Source: an uncultured Spirochaetota bacterium (lineage in GTDB: Bacteria; Spirochaetota; Brevinematia; Brevinematales; JAOACQ01). Taken from it: a stretch of 64,000 nt of DNA. The translations under genes and the position numbers were made by a program. The notes under the pieces were generated by a model. The model made no database searches. It worked only from the letters and a program-made list of their open reading frames with translations, and was not told the origin of the DNA. How positions within the stretch are numbered: position 1 is the first letter of the stretch; each line of letters starts with the position of its first letter. Shown here one piece after another: positions 29,289 to 39,667 of this stretch. The stretch covers positions 1,624,145-1,688,144 of the forward strand of contig CAVYGN010000001.1 of NCBI GenBank assembly GCA_963768055.1. Direction: 5' to 3'.

Positions 29289-30869
29289 TTAATTCGTTTC
29301 GAAAAGCAGGTCTAAGAAACCCCTTTCTACATTGACTTTTTTTACTATAATATTGACGCTGTCTCCCAGCGTATACTTTTTCCTGGATTTTTTCCCTACC
29401 GCGCAGTAATTCTTTTCATCATAATAATAATAATCGTCATCCATATCGCCGTACCTGACCAGGCCTTCTACGCCGAACATCTTGATCTGTACAAAAATTC
29501 CGAACGATGAAACGCCGGTGATCATGCCGTCGAATTTTTTATTGACCTTACCCTCCATAAAGCGTATGGATTTTATCTTGTAAAAATCCCTTTCGGATTC
29601 CATGGCGACCCTTTCCATAGTTGAAATATGATCGGCGATTTTTCTTAATTCGTCCTCGCTGTATTCGGAATTGGGCGCTTTATCCTTCATAATTGAATTC
29701 TTGATAAGCCTGTGAACGATAAGGTCGGCATAGCGCCGTATAGGGGATGTAAAATGTGTATAGAATTCGAAGCCCAGGCCGAAATGGCCTATATTGTCGG
29801 TATCGTACCTGGCCTGCTGCATGGAACGAAGTAGAAGCTGGCTGACAAGTTCCTTGTGAGGTTTATTCTTCGATTCGTCAAGGACCCTCTGGAGTTCCAG
29901 GGGCGAGGGAATAGGCACTCCGTAAATTTTATGGCCTAGTTTAAGAGCCAGCCTTACAAAATCCTGGATTTTTTCAGGGGTCGGTTCGCTGTGGATCCTG
30001 TATATCGATTTGCCTTTTTCGGCGAGGAATTTCGCGGTCGTCTGATTCGCTACAAGCATGAATTCCTCTATGATCCTTTCCGAGTTCAGGCGGTCCTTCA
30101 GCCAGAATTTAACCGGTTCGCTGTTTTCATCCAGAACGCATTTCTGTTCCCTGAAATCAAGGTCGATGGCCCCTTCCCTGATCCTTTTTTTATATAATAT
30201 CTGATATAGCTCGTTCATTTCGGATAAACTTTTCCTTAGTTCAGGCGAGGGATATTCCTCCCTGCCGTCCAGATAGTCCTGTACTTTCTCATAGGTAAGC
30301 CTATAACTTGTATGTATCACGGATTCATGCAGAGAATATTTAGTTACAGCCCCGTTTGTATCTATATCCATTATAATTGAGAGGGTAAGCCTGTCTTCAC
30401 CGGGATTAAGACTGCAGATACCGTTTGAAAGCTTTTCCGGGAACATTGGAACGACCCTGGTAATAAAATAAAAGCTGTTGGCTCTTTTCTGAGCTTCCCT
30501 ATCCAGGTGGGAACCCTTGCGGACATAATAAGAGACGTCGGCGATGTGGACCCCTAATTTCCAGCCCCCGGCCGTTTTTTCGATAGATACGGCATCGTCA
30601 AGGTCCTTGGCATCGGCTCCGTCTATGGTAAACACCATACTCCGGCGCAAGTCGAGACGCCTGCCTGTTTCCGGGAGTTCGATACCGGCAGGGATCGACT
30701 CCGATTCCTTCAGGGCATTCTGGGGAAAGTTTTCTCTGATCCTGTATTTTTCTAATATCGAATTAAAATCTTCCGCAGCGGATGATTTTTTCCTTTTTTC
30801 CATGAACCGTTTATCTACCGGGGTTCCATCCGCTCTCATTTTACCCTTTTTTTCATTCCGAAGCGCCAA
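29289..30869 (-). CDS. rnr: Ribonuclease R/II family exoribonuclease (RNB plus S1)
   Basis: FTIDGADAKDLDDA, HIADVS, EEFMLVAN, YTHFTSPIRRYADL; C-terminal S1; AGGAG RBS before TTG. Confidence 0.9.
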   Translation of the reverse strand: MALRNEKKGKMRADGTPVDKRFMEKRKKSSAAEDFNSILEKYRIRENFPQNALKESESIPAGIELPETGRRLDLRRSMVFTIDGADAKDLDDAVSIEKTAGGWKLGVHIADVSYYVRKGSHLDREAQKRANSFYFITRVVPMFPEKLSNGICSLNPGEDRLTLSIIMDIDTNGAVTKYSLHESVIHTSYRLTYEKVQDYLDGREEYPSPELRKSLSEMNELYQILYKKRIREGAIDLDFREQKCVLDENSEPVKFWLKDRLNSERIIEEFMLVANQTTAKFLAEKGKSIYRIHSEPTPEKIQDFVRLALKLGHKIYGVPIPSPLELQRVLDESKNKPHKELVSQLLLRSMQQARYDTDNIGHFGLGFEFYTHFTSPIRRYADLIVHRLIKNSIMKDKAPNSEYSEDELRKIADHISTMERVAMESERDFYKIKSIRFMEGKVNKKFDGMITGVSSFGIFVQIKMFGVEGLVRYGDMDDDYYYYDEKNYCAVGKKSRKKYTLGDSVNIIVKKVNVERGFLDLLFETN

Positions 30870-30881
30870 TTTTATCTCCTG

Positions 30882-31214
30882 TCAGTCTATGATATCGATG
30901 ATATTTCCTTTGCCTTCTTCTTTGGGCGCGGGCTTGTAAGGCTCTTTCTCCTGGTTGCCCTTTTTCCTCTTTTCCTTCAGACCGGCTTTTTCGCCCTTTT
31001 TTCTTTCGCCGGATTCGGGGTTTATCTTATTAAAATCCGCTGAATACTGTTCCATATTTTTGACTTTAACATTCGTCTCATTGGATTCTACACGGTTCTT
31101 TTCATAGCTCATCATCTGGCCGCTCTGGGCGGCGTTAGTATGGCGTGCTATATTTTCAGAATGTTCGGGGACTTTTGAAAAAAGAACCTGAAGATCAATA
31201 GGTAATACGCTCAT
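30882..31214 (-). CDS. Conserved-looking hypothetical protein
   Basis: MSVLPIDLQ N-terminus, charged middle, GKGNIIDI C-terminus. Confidence 0.7.
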   Translation of the reverse strand: MSVLPIDLQVLFSKVPEHSENIARHTNAAQSGQMMSYEKNRVESNETNVKVKNMEQYSADFNKINPESGERKKGEKAGLKEKRKKGNQEKEPYKPAPKEEGKGNIIDIID

Positions 31215-31229
31215 AGGCGCCTCTTATTG

Positions 31230-31609
31230 AAAGCAGGCTTGTAAGCCGGGTTCTGTTACGGGAAACATCTATCTTGATTTATTCTTACGAATAAATTCCA
31301 GCGGTTTACCCGCACTCCAAACCGCAAAGCCGCGGCAGAGGAATGCCTATTTAACCTTGCATACGAGGGGGCTTGCCATGCCGGACAGCTTATGCCGTCC
31401 GCGGTGGTCTCTTAAACCGCCTTTTCACCCTTATCTCCGACCAGTAAACCGGTCAGAGACGGTATATTTTCTGTGGCGCTTTCCATCCCCGCCATTTTTT
31501 TGGACGGGGTCCGGCTCTTAACCGGCCTCCTGCTTTTCTATGCCCGGACTTTCCTCTTCGCACCTTTTTGTAATCCAAAGCAGTGCGAAGCGTTTCCCCA
31601 GCCTGCTTT
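31230..31609 (-). ncRNA. rnpB: RNase P RNA (bacterial)
   Basis: Minus strand carries GAGGAAAGTCCGGGC, GCGCCACAGAAA and ACAGAACCCGGCTTAC; P1 pairing AAAGCAGGC/GCCTGCTTT. Confidence 0.97.
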
Positions 31610-31654
31610 ACCTATATTATATATTGCTATTTAAAAGCTCTTTTGTCAAGTCTT

Positions 31655-32578
31655 TCACTGCATAGCCGGACGGGCGGGATAATTTACAAAAGCGATTTCT
31701 TTTACGCTTAAGGCCGGATACAATTCCATTACGTTAAGGTTTCTTTTGCCATGCCTGATCTCAAGATATACTCCGCTATCGTTTGATTCTACAATCCCCG
31801 CGCTGCCGATCTCCTGCTCCTCGGAAACCGCTTCTCCCTCACCCACCTTTCTTTCGCCAAGATAACCGTAAACGGCGAAAAGATCGTCCCCGTAATCGAT
31901 GATAATAACATTATTGTATCCGTTCATCCTGCCTGAAAACCTGACTATGCCTTTCTGAATGCTTTTAATCTTCGTATCTTTATTTAAGAATACGATCACT
32001 CCCCTTCCCTTGTTCCTGACCTGTTTTACCTCACCCAGATCGGCGGGAGGGAGAAATTTTTTGTCTTTTATTTTGTTGCTGTCTTTAGAGATTATCTCGT
32101 TTGTCCGGAAATTCGGTCTTCTTGTAATGAAATATTCGGAATACTCTCTTGATTTGTTCTGTAAAGGTTTAGCCTGTAAAGGATTATTCATATTGTTTTT
32201 TATAATTGGAAGCGATAATACCTGTCCTTCATTAAGATTGCCGTCATAGAGTTTATTGATCTTTTTTACAATTTCGGATTTGACACCGTAATCACGCGTT
32301 ATCTTTGAAAGGTTGTCGCCCTTCCTGACTACATATCTGATCATCCTATCAGGTATAGTAAGCACCTGGCCCTGCATTATTTTGCCTGCCCGGGAAAAGT
32401 TTATGGAAGAGATGACATCGCATGGAACATTGAATTTTTTTGAAATGCTCCACAATGTATCCGATTTTTTTACCCTATATTCAAGAGCATGGCCCTGAAT
32501 AGCTATAATGATAAAAATAATAAAAAGGGTGAAATTGCGATAAAAATGAATAATATCAGCCCCCTTGTCAATATACAC
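31655..32578 (-). CDS. LysM x2 plus M23 peptidase-like domain protein
   Basis: YRVKKSDTLWSISKKF, YVVRKGDNLSKI; M23-like C-terminus lacking the usual Zn-binding His motifs. Confidence 0.85.
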   Translation of the reverse strand: MYIDKGADIIHFYRNFTLFIIFIIIAIQGHALEYRVKKSDTLWSISKKFNVPCDVISSINFSRAGKIMQGQVLTIPDRMIRYVVRKGDNLSKITRDYGVKSEIVKKINKLYDGNLNEGQVLSLPIIKNNMNNPLQAKPLQNKSREYSEYFITRRPNFRTNEIISKDSNKIKDKKFLPPADLGEVKQVRNKGRGVIVFLNKDTKIKSIQKGIVRFSGRMNGYNNVIIIDYGDDLFAVYGYLGERKVGEGEAVSEEQEIGSAGIVESNDSGVYLEIRHGKRNLNVMELYPALSVKEIAFVNYPARPAMQ

Positions 32579-32618
32579 ATAATTGTCGGTAACTGACAGC
32601 CGGTTCTGAACCTATAAC

Positions 32619-32656
32619 AAAATCGGCTCCACCTCCTATAAAGGGGCGGAGCCGAT
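32619..32656 (-). terminator. Rho-independent terminator
   Basis: ATCGGCTCC...GGAGCCGAT stem followed by a T-run on the minus strand. Confidence 0.65.
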
Positions 32657-32670
32657 GTATAAACGACTTC

Positions 32671-32805
32671 TTAAGGGCGGTTCCAAAAGCTCAACTCTTC
32701 AAAAATTTAAAAAATTGAAGCTAATAATTCCGCCCTATGGGCCCTACCTTGCTGCCCCAAAGGGCTTGTCCCCGTAAGGGGGGCAGTTTTTAGAAGGGCC
32801 CTTAA
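32671..32805. mobile_element. TTAA-flanked MITE-like element, copy A
   Basis: TTAAGGGCGGTTCCAAAAGC...GTTTTTAGAAGGGCCCTTAA; 3' half nearly identical to 54041-54177. Confidence 0.75.
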
Positions 32806-32811
32806 GTATTT

Positions 32812-33918
32812 TCAGATAATAGACATCTCGGTTTCATTATCGAACAAATGAGCATTTTTAAGATCGAATATGAAATTAACATTCGTGTCGCCTATATGAA
32901 GAACGACCGACGGATCATACTTCGCGGTAAACGAAGTATTTGAGGTTGAGAAGAATATATGTTCTTCCGAACCGAGATGTTCGACGATTTCCACGTTGCC
33001 GACCCCGATATTGTTGTCAAGCTGGCTGTGGAATGTCGTTTTATCGTAAATATCCTCCGGCCTGATGCCGAATGTAGCATCTTTATTGATATAAGCCCTG
33101 GCTTTGTCAAGGAATTGGCCGGGCAATTTCATCTGAAAGTCCTTGAAATCGGCCCAAAGAGCGCCATGTTTTTCGGATAAAGTCACATTGAAAAAATTCA
33201 TAGGCGGCGTACCTATGAAACCGGCTACGAACTTATTGATAGGATTCGAATATACTTCCATCGGGGAACCTATCTGCTGAATGAGCTGATTGTTCATAAC
33301 CACGATTTTTGTTCCCATTGTCATAGCTTCAAGCTGGTCATGCGTAACATAAATCGAAGTAACTTTCAGTTTCGCATGGAGCTTGATAAGCTCGGCCCTC
33401 ATCTGGACCCTGAGCTTCGCATCAAGGTTAGAAAGGGGTTCGTCGAACAGGAACACTTTGGGTCTTCTCGTGATGACTCTTCCTATAGCAACTCTCTGTT
33501 TCTGACCGCCCGAAAGGGCCCTGGGTTTTCTCTTGAGATAATCGGTTATGTTTAGAGTCGTAGCTGCGTCCATTACTCTTTTTTTGATCTCTTCCTTGGG
33601 ATAGTTCCTGAGCCTGAGTCCGAACGCCATATTTTCTTCAACAGTCATGTGGGGGTAAAGAGCATAGTTCTGGAAAACCATCGCTATGTCCCTGTCTTTA
33701 GGCTGCTTGTTATTGACAAGCACATTGTCGATAAAGATCTCGCCCTCGGAAATTTCTTCAAGGCCGGCGAGCATTCTCAGGGTTGTGGACTTGCCGCAGC
33801 CGGAAGGTCCGACAAGAATGACGAATTCCCTGTCCTTGATCTCGAGGTTAACGTCTTTAACCGCAACAACACCTCCTTCATAAACTTTAGTGACGTGTTT
33901 AAACAACACTTCAGCCAT
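32812..33918 (-). CDS. Sugar ABC transporter ATP-binding protein (MalK/MsmX/UgpC family), stand-alone
   Basis: GPSGCGKST, FQNYALYPH, LSGGQKQR, DEPLSNLDA, YVTHDQ; TOBE C-terminus. Confidence 0.95.
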   Translation of the reverse strand: MAEVLFKHVTKVYEGGVVAVKDVNLEIKDREFVILVGPSGCGKSTTLRMLAGLEEISEGEIFIDNVLVNNKQPKDRDIAMVFQNYALYPHMTVEENMAFGLRLRNYPKEEIKKRVMDAATTLNITDYLKRKPRALSGGQKQRVAIGRVITRRPKVFLFDEPLSNLDAKLRVQMRAELIKLHAKLKVTSIYVTHDQLEAMTMGTKIVVMNNQLIQQIGSPMEVYSNPINKFVAGFIGTPPMNFFNVTLSEKHGALWADFKDFQMKLPGQFLDKARAYINKDATFGIRPEDIYDKTTFHSQLDNNIGVGNVEIVEHLGSEEHIFFSTSNTSFTAKYDPSVVLHIGDTNVNFIFDLKNAHLFDNETEMSII

Positions 33919-34193
33919 CTGTATCCTCCTAATTTTTTTTAATAGAATTTAAGGCATATTACTAATTTTACAATCAATATTTTAAAGGGAAAAACAAAAT
34001 GGTCAATATTTTAACAGTAAAAAATAAATTATATTATTATAAATCATTAATGCCTCAATAATCAACACTTTAAATGAAATATTGCAAAATAATTATCATT
34101 TTCTGCTGAAAAATGCATTTCAACCGCGAAGAGTCCGGTGGGGATGGCTGGGAAGCCGGCGGCCAAAAACGGTCCCTTTCATACCTTTTTACA

Positions 34194-34222
34194 TTGACAA
34201 AAAACCGGCTCTTTTATAAGAT
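34194..34222 (+). promoter_or_regulatory. Sigma70-type promoter TTGACA-17-TAAGAT
   Basis: Near-consensus boxes, 17-bp spacer, about 100 nt before ATG 34323. Confidence 0.7.
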
Positions 34223-34322
34223 ATTTGAGGGCGCTTCTAATCCTTCGGCCCTGCGGGCACCTTCGGCACCCTTACAGGCGCCTTCGGCCCTTCGGATAGG
34301 AAGCTCCCATAGAGAGGTTCCC

Positions 34323-35579
34323 ATGGCCGCTGGAGTCTTCAGTCTCATCCGGTTCAGGAAAGGGGCTTATATTCTTATGGAAGGTCAGCCCGAAAATAAA
34401 GATTTCTATATAATCAAAAATGGGGCGGTCAGGGTAAGCAGTACGATCAATTTCTCGGAAAAACAATCTAAAGACGGTACTGTAGTCCTTAATCCCGGAG
34501 ATTTCTTCGGTGTAATTTCCTGTATGGCAAGGCGTCCCAATCTGGAAACGGTTTCAGCCGAAGAAGAAACCATGGCTGTAGCAGTACCCAGTAATAAATT
34601 CGGCCTATTGATTGAAAATAGTCCGGCTATAGCAATGAAAATCATCCGTTATTTCAGCCGCCTGCTGAGATATTACGACTCTTTTTTATCAGGAATGATT
34701 TCTAAAACCTCCTTACCGGGTATTGATGAGGACTGTCCGGACAGCTTGTTCCAGCTTGGAGAATATTTCTTAAAAAAAGGGAATCCTCCGTATGCCGGCT
34801 ACGCATATCTTCAATTCATCAGTGCGCTGCCGGACAGCCCGAACTGCGACAGGGCAAGGGAAAGGCTGCAGAAGATAGATAAATCATCCATAAAAATCTC
34901 TCCTAAAAAAGATGGAAATATCTTCATTTATGACAGCAAGCAGGTAATATTCCTTCAGGGTGAAACCGGCCATGCCCTGTATGTGATCCAGGAAGGCGAG
35001 GTAAAAATTACAAGATTTTACAACGACCAGGAGATACTGTTAGGGGTCCTGAAAAAAGGAGATATTTTTGGAGAAATGGCTATTCTGGAAGATAAGCCGA
35101 GAAATGCAAACGCTTTTGCCAACGACGGGCTTAAATTAATGCTTATCACAAAACAGAATTTCGATTTTGTCGTTCATAATTATCCGCAGATTGCTACAAA
35201 AATTATTGAAATGCTTTCGGACAGGATCTGGATCATATACCGCCAGATGATCAACATGCTTATAACAAATCCCGAAACCAAGTTATACGATGCATTATAC
35301 ACACAGCTTCTGAAAAACAGGGTATCCCTTGGGAAAAGGCCCTACACTTTCGATTTCGGAGCCGAGGATCTTCTGAAATTCTCCGGGATGCTGGATGAAG
35401 AAGGCTGGGCAATGTGGAAAAACCTCAAGCAGAGCGATAGAGATATCGGCGTTTCACCCGAAGGGAAAATAGTATATGAGGATATTTCGCATATCGAGCA
35501 CAAGATCAATAAAATCCTCAGGCAGAGGGAAATAAATGAAAACTTGATGTCAAAAGCCCAGGAAGACGGGGGGCTTTGA
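34323..35579 (+). CDS. Tandem cyclic-nucleotide-binding domain protein (Crp/Fnr-like)
   Basis: Two cNMP domains (FYIIKNGAV..GDFFG; LYVIQEGEV..GDIFGEMAILEDKPRNANA) flanking a TPR-like segment; GAGAGG RBS. Confidence 0.85.
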   Translation: MAAGVFSLIRFRKGAYILMEGQPENKDFYIIKNGAVRVSSTINFSEKQSKDGTVVLNPGDFFGVISCMARRPNLETVSAEEETMAVAVPSNKFGLLIENSPAIAMKIIRYFSRLLRYYDSFLSGMISKTSLPGIDEDCPDSLFQLGEYFLKKGNPPYAGYAYLQFISALPDSPNCDRARERLQKIDKSSIKISPKKDGNIFIYDSKQVIFLQGETGHALYVIQEGEVKITRFYNDQEILLGVLKKGDIFGEMAILEDKPRNANAFANDGLKLMLITKQNFDFVVHNYPQIATKIIEMLSDRIWIIYRQMINMLITNPETKLYDALYTQLLKNRVSLGKRPYTFDFGAEDLLKFSGMLDEEGWAMWKNLKQSDRDIGVSPEGKIVYEDISHIEHKINKILRQREINENLMSKAQEDGGL

Positions 35580-37003
35580 TGGGCGTCTATAACAATCCGC
35601 TTGAAACAAGGTATGCGTCAGCTGAAATGCTGGAGCTTTTTTCGGAAGAAACGAAGTTCCTGACATGGCGGGACTGCTGGATCGCCCTGGCAGAGGTTGA
35701 AAAAAAACTCGGGCTCAATATTACTTCCGGACAACTGGAAGACCTCCGGGTTAACAGGAGCAATCTAAATATTGAAAGAGCCAGGGAGATTGAAAAAGAG
35801 ATCCATCATGATGTGATGAGCCATATCCGGGCTTACGGAGAAGCCGCTCCCAGCGCAGGGGGTATTTTACACCTCGGAGCTACTTCGGCCTTTGTGACTG
35901 ATAATACCGATATGATAATTTTCAGGAAAGCCCTGTTCCTGGTAAAAAAACGCCTGGTTACCCTGATCGGGACATTGAAAAACAAGTGCATGGAATACAA
36001 GGGATTACCGGTGCTGGGGTACACCCATCTCCAGCCTGCACAGCCTACGACCCTCGGCAAGCGCTTCAGTCTCTGGCTGTACGACCTCTTTCTCGACTTT
36101 AACGAACTTGAACGCCTCATATCCGGACTTACAGCGCTCGGGGTTAAAGGAACAACCGGCACACAGGCGAGTTTTATGGAACTCTTCGATAATAACGACG
36201 AAAAGGTAAAACAGCTCGATAAACTTGTTGCGAAGAAATTGGGTTTTAAAAAAAGTATACCGGTCAGCGGCCAGACGCTGACAAGAAAATACGATGTCCG
36301 GATCCTGGAAGTCCTTTCCGGTATCGCCCAGTCGGCTCACCGTGCGGCTAACGACATTAGAATGCTCCAGCATAGTTCGCAGCTCGAAGAACCTTTCGAT
36401 AAAAAACAGGTCGGATCTTCCGCAATGCCTTATAAACGGAATCCTATCCTTGCCGAAAGGATGACTTCCCTTGCGCGTTATCTTATGAACGACGTTCAGA
36501 ACGCCGTATATACCTATTCATGCCAGTTCCTCGAAAGAACGCTCGATGATTCGGCTAACCGCCGTATTTCCATGGCCGAGGGCTTTCTCGCCGCGGATTC
36601 AATCCTGATCATATACCAGAAATTGATCGGCGGGCTTAATGTTTATCCTGAAGTCATAAAAGCCCATCTCAAGAACAATCTCCCGTTTTTCGCAACGGAA
36701 AATATTTTAATGAAAGCGGTTAAAAAAGGAGGCGACAGGCAGGAACTCCATGAAGCCGTACGCTCTTTCGCAATGAAAGCTGTCGAAGCGGCAAGAAAAG
36801 GACTGCATTACGACATGCTCTCCGAGATGAAAAATAGCGGCATGTTCAAATTGACGGATAAAGAATGGAATACCGTTTCAGATTACAGCATTTATACAGG
36901 AAGGGCTGAAAAACAGGTGGAAGAATTCGTCAGTGAATACATCGACCCTATTTTGAATGAAAATAAAGATTTTCTAGGTTCGAAAGCCGAGATACGGGTC
37001 TGA
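35576..37003 (+). CDS. purB: Adenylosuccinate lyase
   Basis: HDVMSH, HLGATS, THLQPAQ, GSSAMPYKRNP. Confidence 0.96.
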   Translation: MMGVYNNPLETRYASAEMLELFSEETKFLTWRDCWIALAEVEKKLGLNITSGQLEDLRVNRSNLNIERAREIEKEIHHDVMSHIRAYGEAAPSAGGILHLGATSAFVTDNTDMIIFRKALFLVKKRLVTLIGTLKNKCMEYKGLPVLGYTHLQPAQPTTLGKRFSLWLYDLFLDFNELERLISGLTALGVKGTTGTQASFMELFDNNDEKVKQLDKLVAKKLGFKKSIPVSGQTLTRKYDVRILEVLSGIAQSAHRAANDIRMLQHSSQLEEPFDKKQVGSSAMPYKRNPILAERMTSLARYLMNDVQNAVYTYSCQFLERTLDDSANRRISMAEGFLAADSILIIYQKLIGGLNVYPEVIKAHLKNNLPFFATENILMKAVKKGGDRQELHEAVRSFAMKAVEAARKGLHYDMLSEMKNSGMFKLTDKEWNTVSDYSIYTGRAEKQVEEFVSEYIDPILNENKDFLGSKAEIRV

Positions 37004-39639
37004 TGGACAGCATTCAAATGACCCCTATGGTCAGACAATATAACGATATTAAATCACGCCACCGAGATAAGATCCTCCTGTTCCGGGTCGGTGATTTTTA
37101 TGAGATGTTCTTCGACGACGCCAAAGAAGCGGCGAGGGTTCTCAATATAGCCCTTACCTCGCGCAACGATATGCCCATGGCCGGTTTTCCCCACCATGCG
37201 TCATCTCAGTATATTCAAAGACTCATCGCTGCCGGGAAAAAGGTGGCTATTTGCGAACAGCTCGAGGACCCGTCAAAGGCAAAGGGGCTTGTTAAACGGG
37301 ATATCGTCAGCATAGTCACTCCGGGGACCCTTATCGACGAAAATTATCTGGGGAAAAAACAGAACAACTTCCTGCTCTCTTTATACAGCGAAGACGGAAA
37401 TATCGGCCTTACATTTTTTGACGTCTCGACGGGAGACCTTTACTCGCTTTCAAAAAACGGCGGGAAATCGCCATCGGACACCTTGCGTATCCTTCAGGAT
37501 GAGATCGAGAAATTTTCTCCCTCGGAAATCATATTTAACGGAAAATTAAAAGCCGAGCATGGGCTTTTTCACGAACTTGAAGGGACGGGGGTCCTCCATG
37601 AGGCTTTCCCCGAATGGTATTTCGGTAACTTTTTAGATTCAGACAGGTTTCTTGTTCTCCCTGACGGGGCGGCCGGCGATCCCCTGATAAAAAAAAGCAT
37701 CCTGGGCGCTTTCCACTACATTTCCGAAACCAGGGGGGAAAACCCGGAAAGCGATAACACCGTCCTTTTTAAAAATCTCCAGGTATCGCTTGACTCTATC
37801 CATATAATCAGCGGTAAAAATACCGTCGAGCTCGATGATTTTACCATAAGAAACCTTGAACTTGTTAAAAATATGCAGGACGGCGGGAAAAAATATACCC
37901 TTCTCGATATTCTCGACAGTACCATGACCCCTATGGGAGGAAGACTGCTCAGGCAATGGATTTTAATGCCCCTGTACGACTCGAAGGAAATTTATGAAAG
38001 ACAGAACTGCATTGAGGCATTTTTTGACAATGGAATGCTCGTATCGGAAATAAGGGCGGTCCTTGAAAAAATAAGCGATATAGAAAGGCTTTCATCCAGG
38101 ATAGCCCTTAGAAGGGTAATCCCGAAGGAGTTGATTTCACTGTCATTTTCTTTGAAGCAATCCTTGATCATAAAGTCACGGCTCACCAGGGAGGCCGATC
38201 TGAAGCATCTTGGAGAACGGCTTGACGATCTAAGCAAAATATGCACGCTTATCGACTCGTCAATAATTGAAGAACCGTCATCGACTTTCGGCGGCGATGT
38301 AATTAAGGCCGGGTTTAATGAAGAACTCGATTCAATCCGCGCAGTAATGCGCGAGGGAAGGGATTTCATACTTAAGCTCCAGGAAAGCGAGAGAATAAAA
38401 ACCGGTATATCTTCGCTGAAGATCAAATACAACAACATCTTCGGTTACTTCATAGAGATAAGCAAGGCAAATACGGACAGCGTGCCCGGGCATTACATCA
38501 GGAAACAAAGCCTCGTAAACGCAGAGCGCTATACAATCCCCGAACTTTCCGAACACGAAGCGAAAATAAACAGCGCATCGGAAAAAGTCATGAAACTTGA
38601 AGAGGAAATTTTCAACCTCGTAGTGGAAGAAATTTCTGAAAACTCAAGGCTCCTTCAGAAATTAGCGCATACGGTCGCCATCATTGACGTTTACTCGAAT
38701 TTCGCGCTCATAGCAAGGGAAAACGATTATACCAAGCCCCTGATAAACGACGGCGCCGAATTCTACATAAAGGACGGAAGGCATCCTGTTGTCGAAAAGT
38801 ACCTGGGCAGAAATCTTTTCGTTCCCAACGATACCCTGCTTGACGACGAAGATAACAGGATAATTATTCTGACCGGCCCGAACATGGCGGGAAAATCCAC
38901 CTATTTGCGTCAAAACGCATTGATCGCCCTTATGGCCCAGGTCGGCAGCTATGTTCCGGCAAGGGAAGCGCGGATCGGGATGGTAGACAGGATATTCACG
39001 AGGATCGGGGCTTCCGACAACCTTGCCCTCGGCAGGTCCACATTCCTGGTGGAAATGCAGGAAGCGGCAAACATCATTCACGGATCGAGTTCTAAAAGCC
39101 TTATAATAATGGATGAACTGGGGCGCGGTACATCGACATACGATGGGCTTTCGATAGCCTGGTCGGTTATAGAATACCTTCATGACCATAACACGAATAC
39201 GGGCAGGACCCTGTTTGCGACTCATTATCATGAGCTCACCAGGCTGGGCGGGAAAAAGGGGATCAGGAATTACAATATAGCCGTAAGGGAATACGGCGAC
39301 GAACTTATATTTCTACGGAGGGTTATCGAAGGCCCTTCCGACAGAAGCTACGGCATTTACGTGGCAAGGCTTGCAGGGATCCCCCTTGAAATAATCGATA
39401 GGGCTAAGATCATACTCGAAACGCTTGAGGCCGAAGGCGACAAGGCCGGAGAGAGAATAGAAACTATATTCGACAAAAAATACAGGAAGCCCTGCGAGAG
39501 AAAATCGTCTTCGGAAATCGGGCTTTTTGCAGACCCCTCGTATAAGAATGTAATCGATAAAATTCAGAACATCGATATAAACAGAATAACACCCCTGGAA
39601 GCTATAGCTTTTCTCGCTGAAATAAAAAAACTGGTTTGA
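37003..39639 (+). CDS. mutS: DNA mismatch repair protein MutS
   Basis: TPMVRQY, GDFYE, TGPNMAGKST, STFLVEM, DELGRGT, FATHY, SYGI. Confidence 0.97.
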   Translation: MDSIQMTPMVRQYNDIKSRHRDKILLFRVGDFYEMFFDDAKEAARVLNIALTSRNDMPMAGFPHHASSQYIQRLIAAGKKVAICEQLEDPSKAKGLVKRDIVSIVTPGTLIDENYLGKKQNNFLLSLYSEDGNIGLTFFDVSTGDLYSLSKNGGKSPSDTLRILQDEIEKFSPSEIIFNGKLKAEHGLFHELEGTGVLHEAFPEWYFGNFLDSDRFLVLPDGAAGDPLIKKSILGAFHYISETRGENPESDNTVLFKNLQVSLDSIHIISGKNTVELDDFTIRNLELVKNMQDGGKKYTLLDILDSTMTPMGGRLLRQWILMPLYDSKEIYERQNCIEAFFDNGMLVSEIRAVLEKISDIERLSSRIALRRVIPKELISLSFSLKQSLIIKSRLTREADLKHLGERLDDLSKICTLIDSSIIEEPSSTFGGDVIKAGFNEELDSIRAVMREGRDFILKLQESERIKTGISSLKIKYNNIFGYFIEISKANTDSVPGHYIRKQSLVNAERYTIPELSEHEAKINSASEKVMKLEEEIFNLVVEEISENSRLLQKLAHTVAIIDVYSNFALIARENDYTKPLINDGAEFYIKDGRHPVVEKYLGRNLFVPNDTLLDDEDNRIIILTGPNMAGKSTYLRQNALIALMAQVGSYVPAREARIGMVDRIFTRIGASDNLALGRSTFLVEMQEAANIIHGSSSKSLIIMDELGRGTSTYDGLSIAWSVIEYLHDHNTNTGRTLFATHYHELTRLGGKKGIRNYNIAVREYGDELIFLRRVIEGPSDRSYGIYVARLAGIPLEIIDRAKIILETLEAEGDKAGERIETIFDKKYRKPCERKSSSEIGLFADPSYKNVIDKIQNIDINRITPLEAIAFLAEIKKLV

Positions 39640-39667
39640 TAATATTTAATGCCGATCGGAGGATAAA

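Noticed and set aside
34113-34322. N-terminal extension of the cNMP protein (PSALRAPSAP repeats)
   Set aside because: It spans the promoter and structured leader; the RBS supports ATG 34323.
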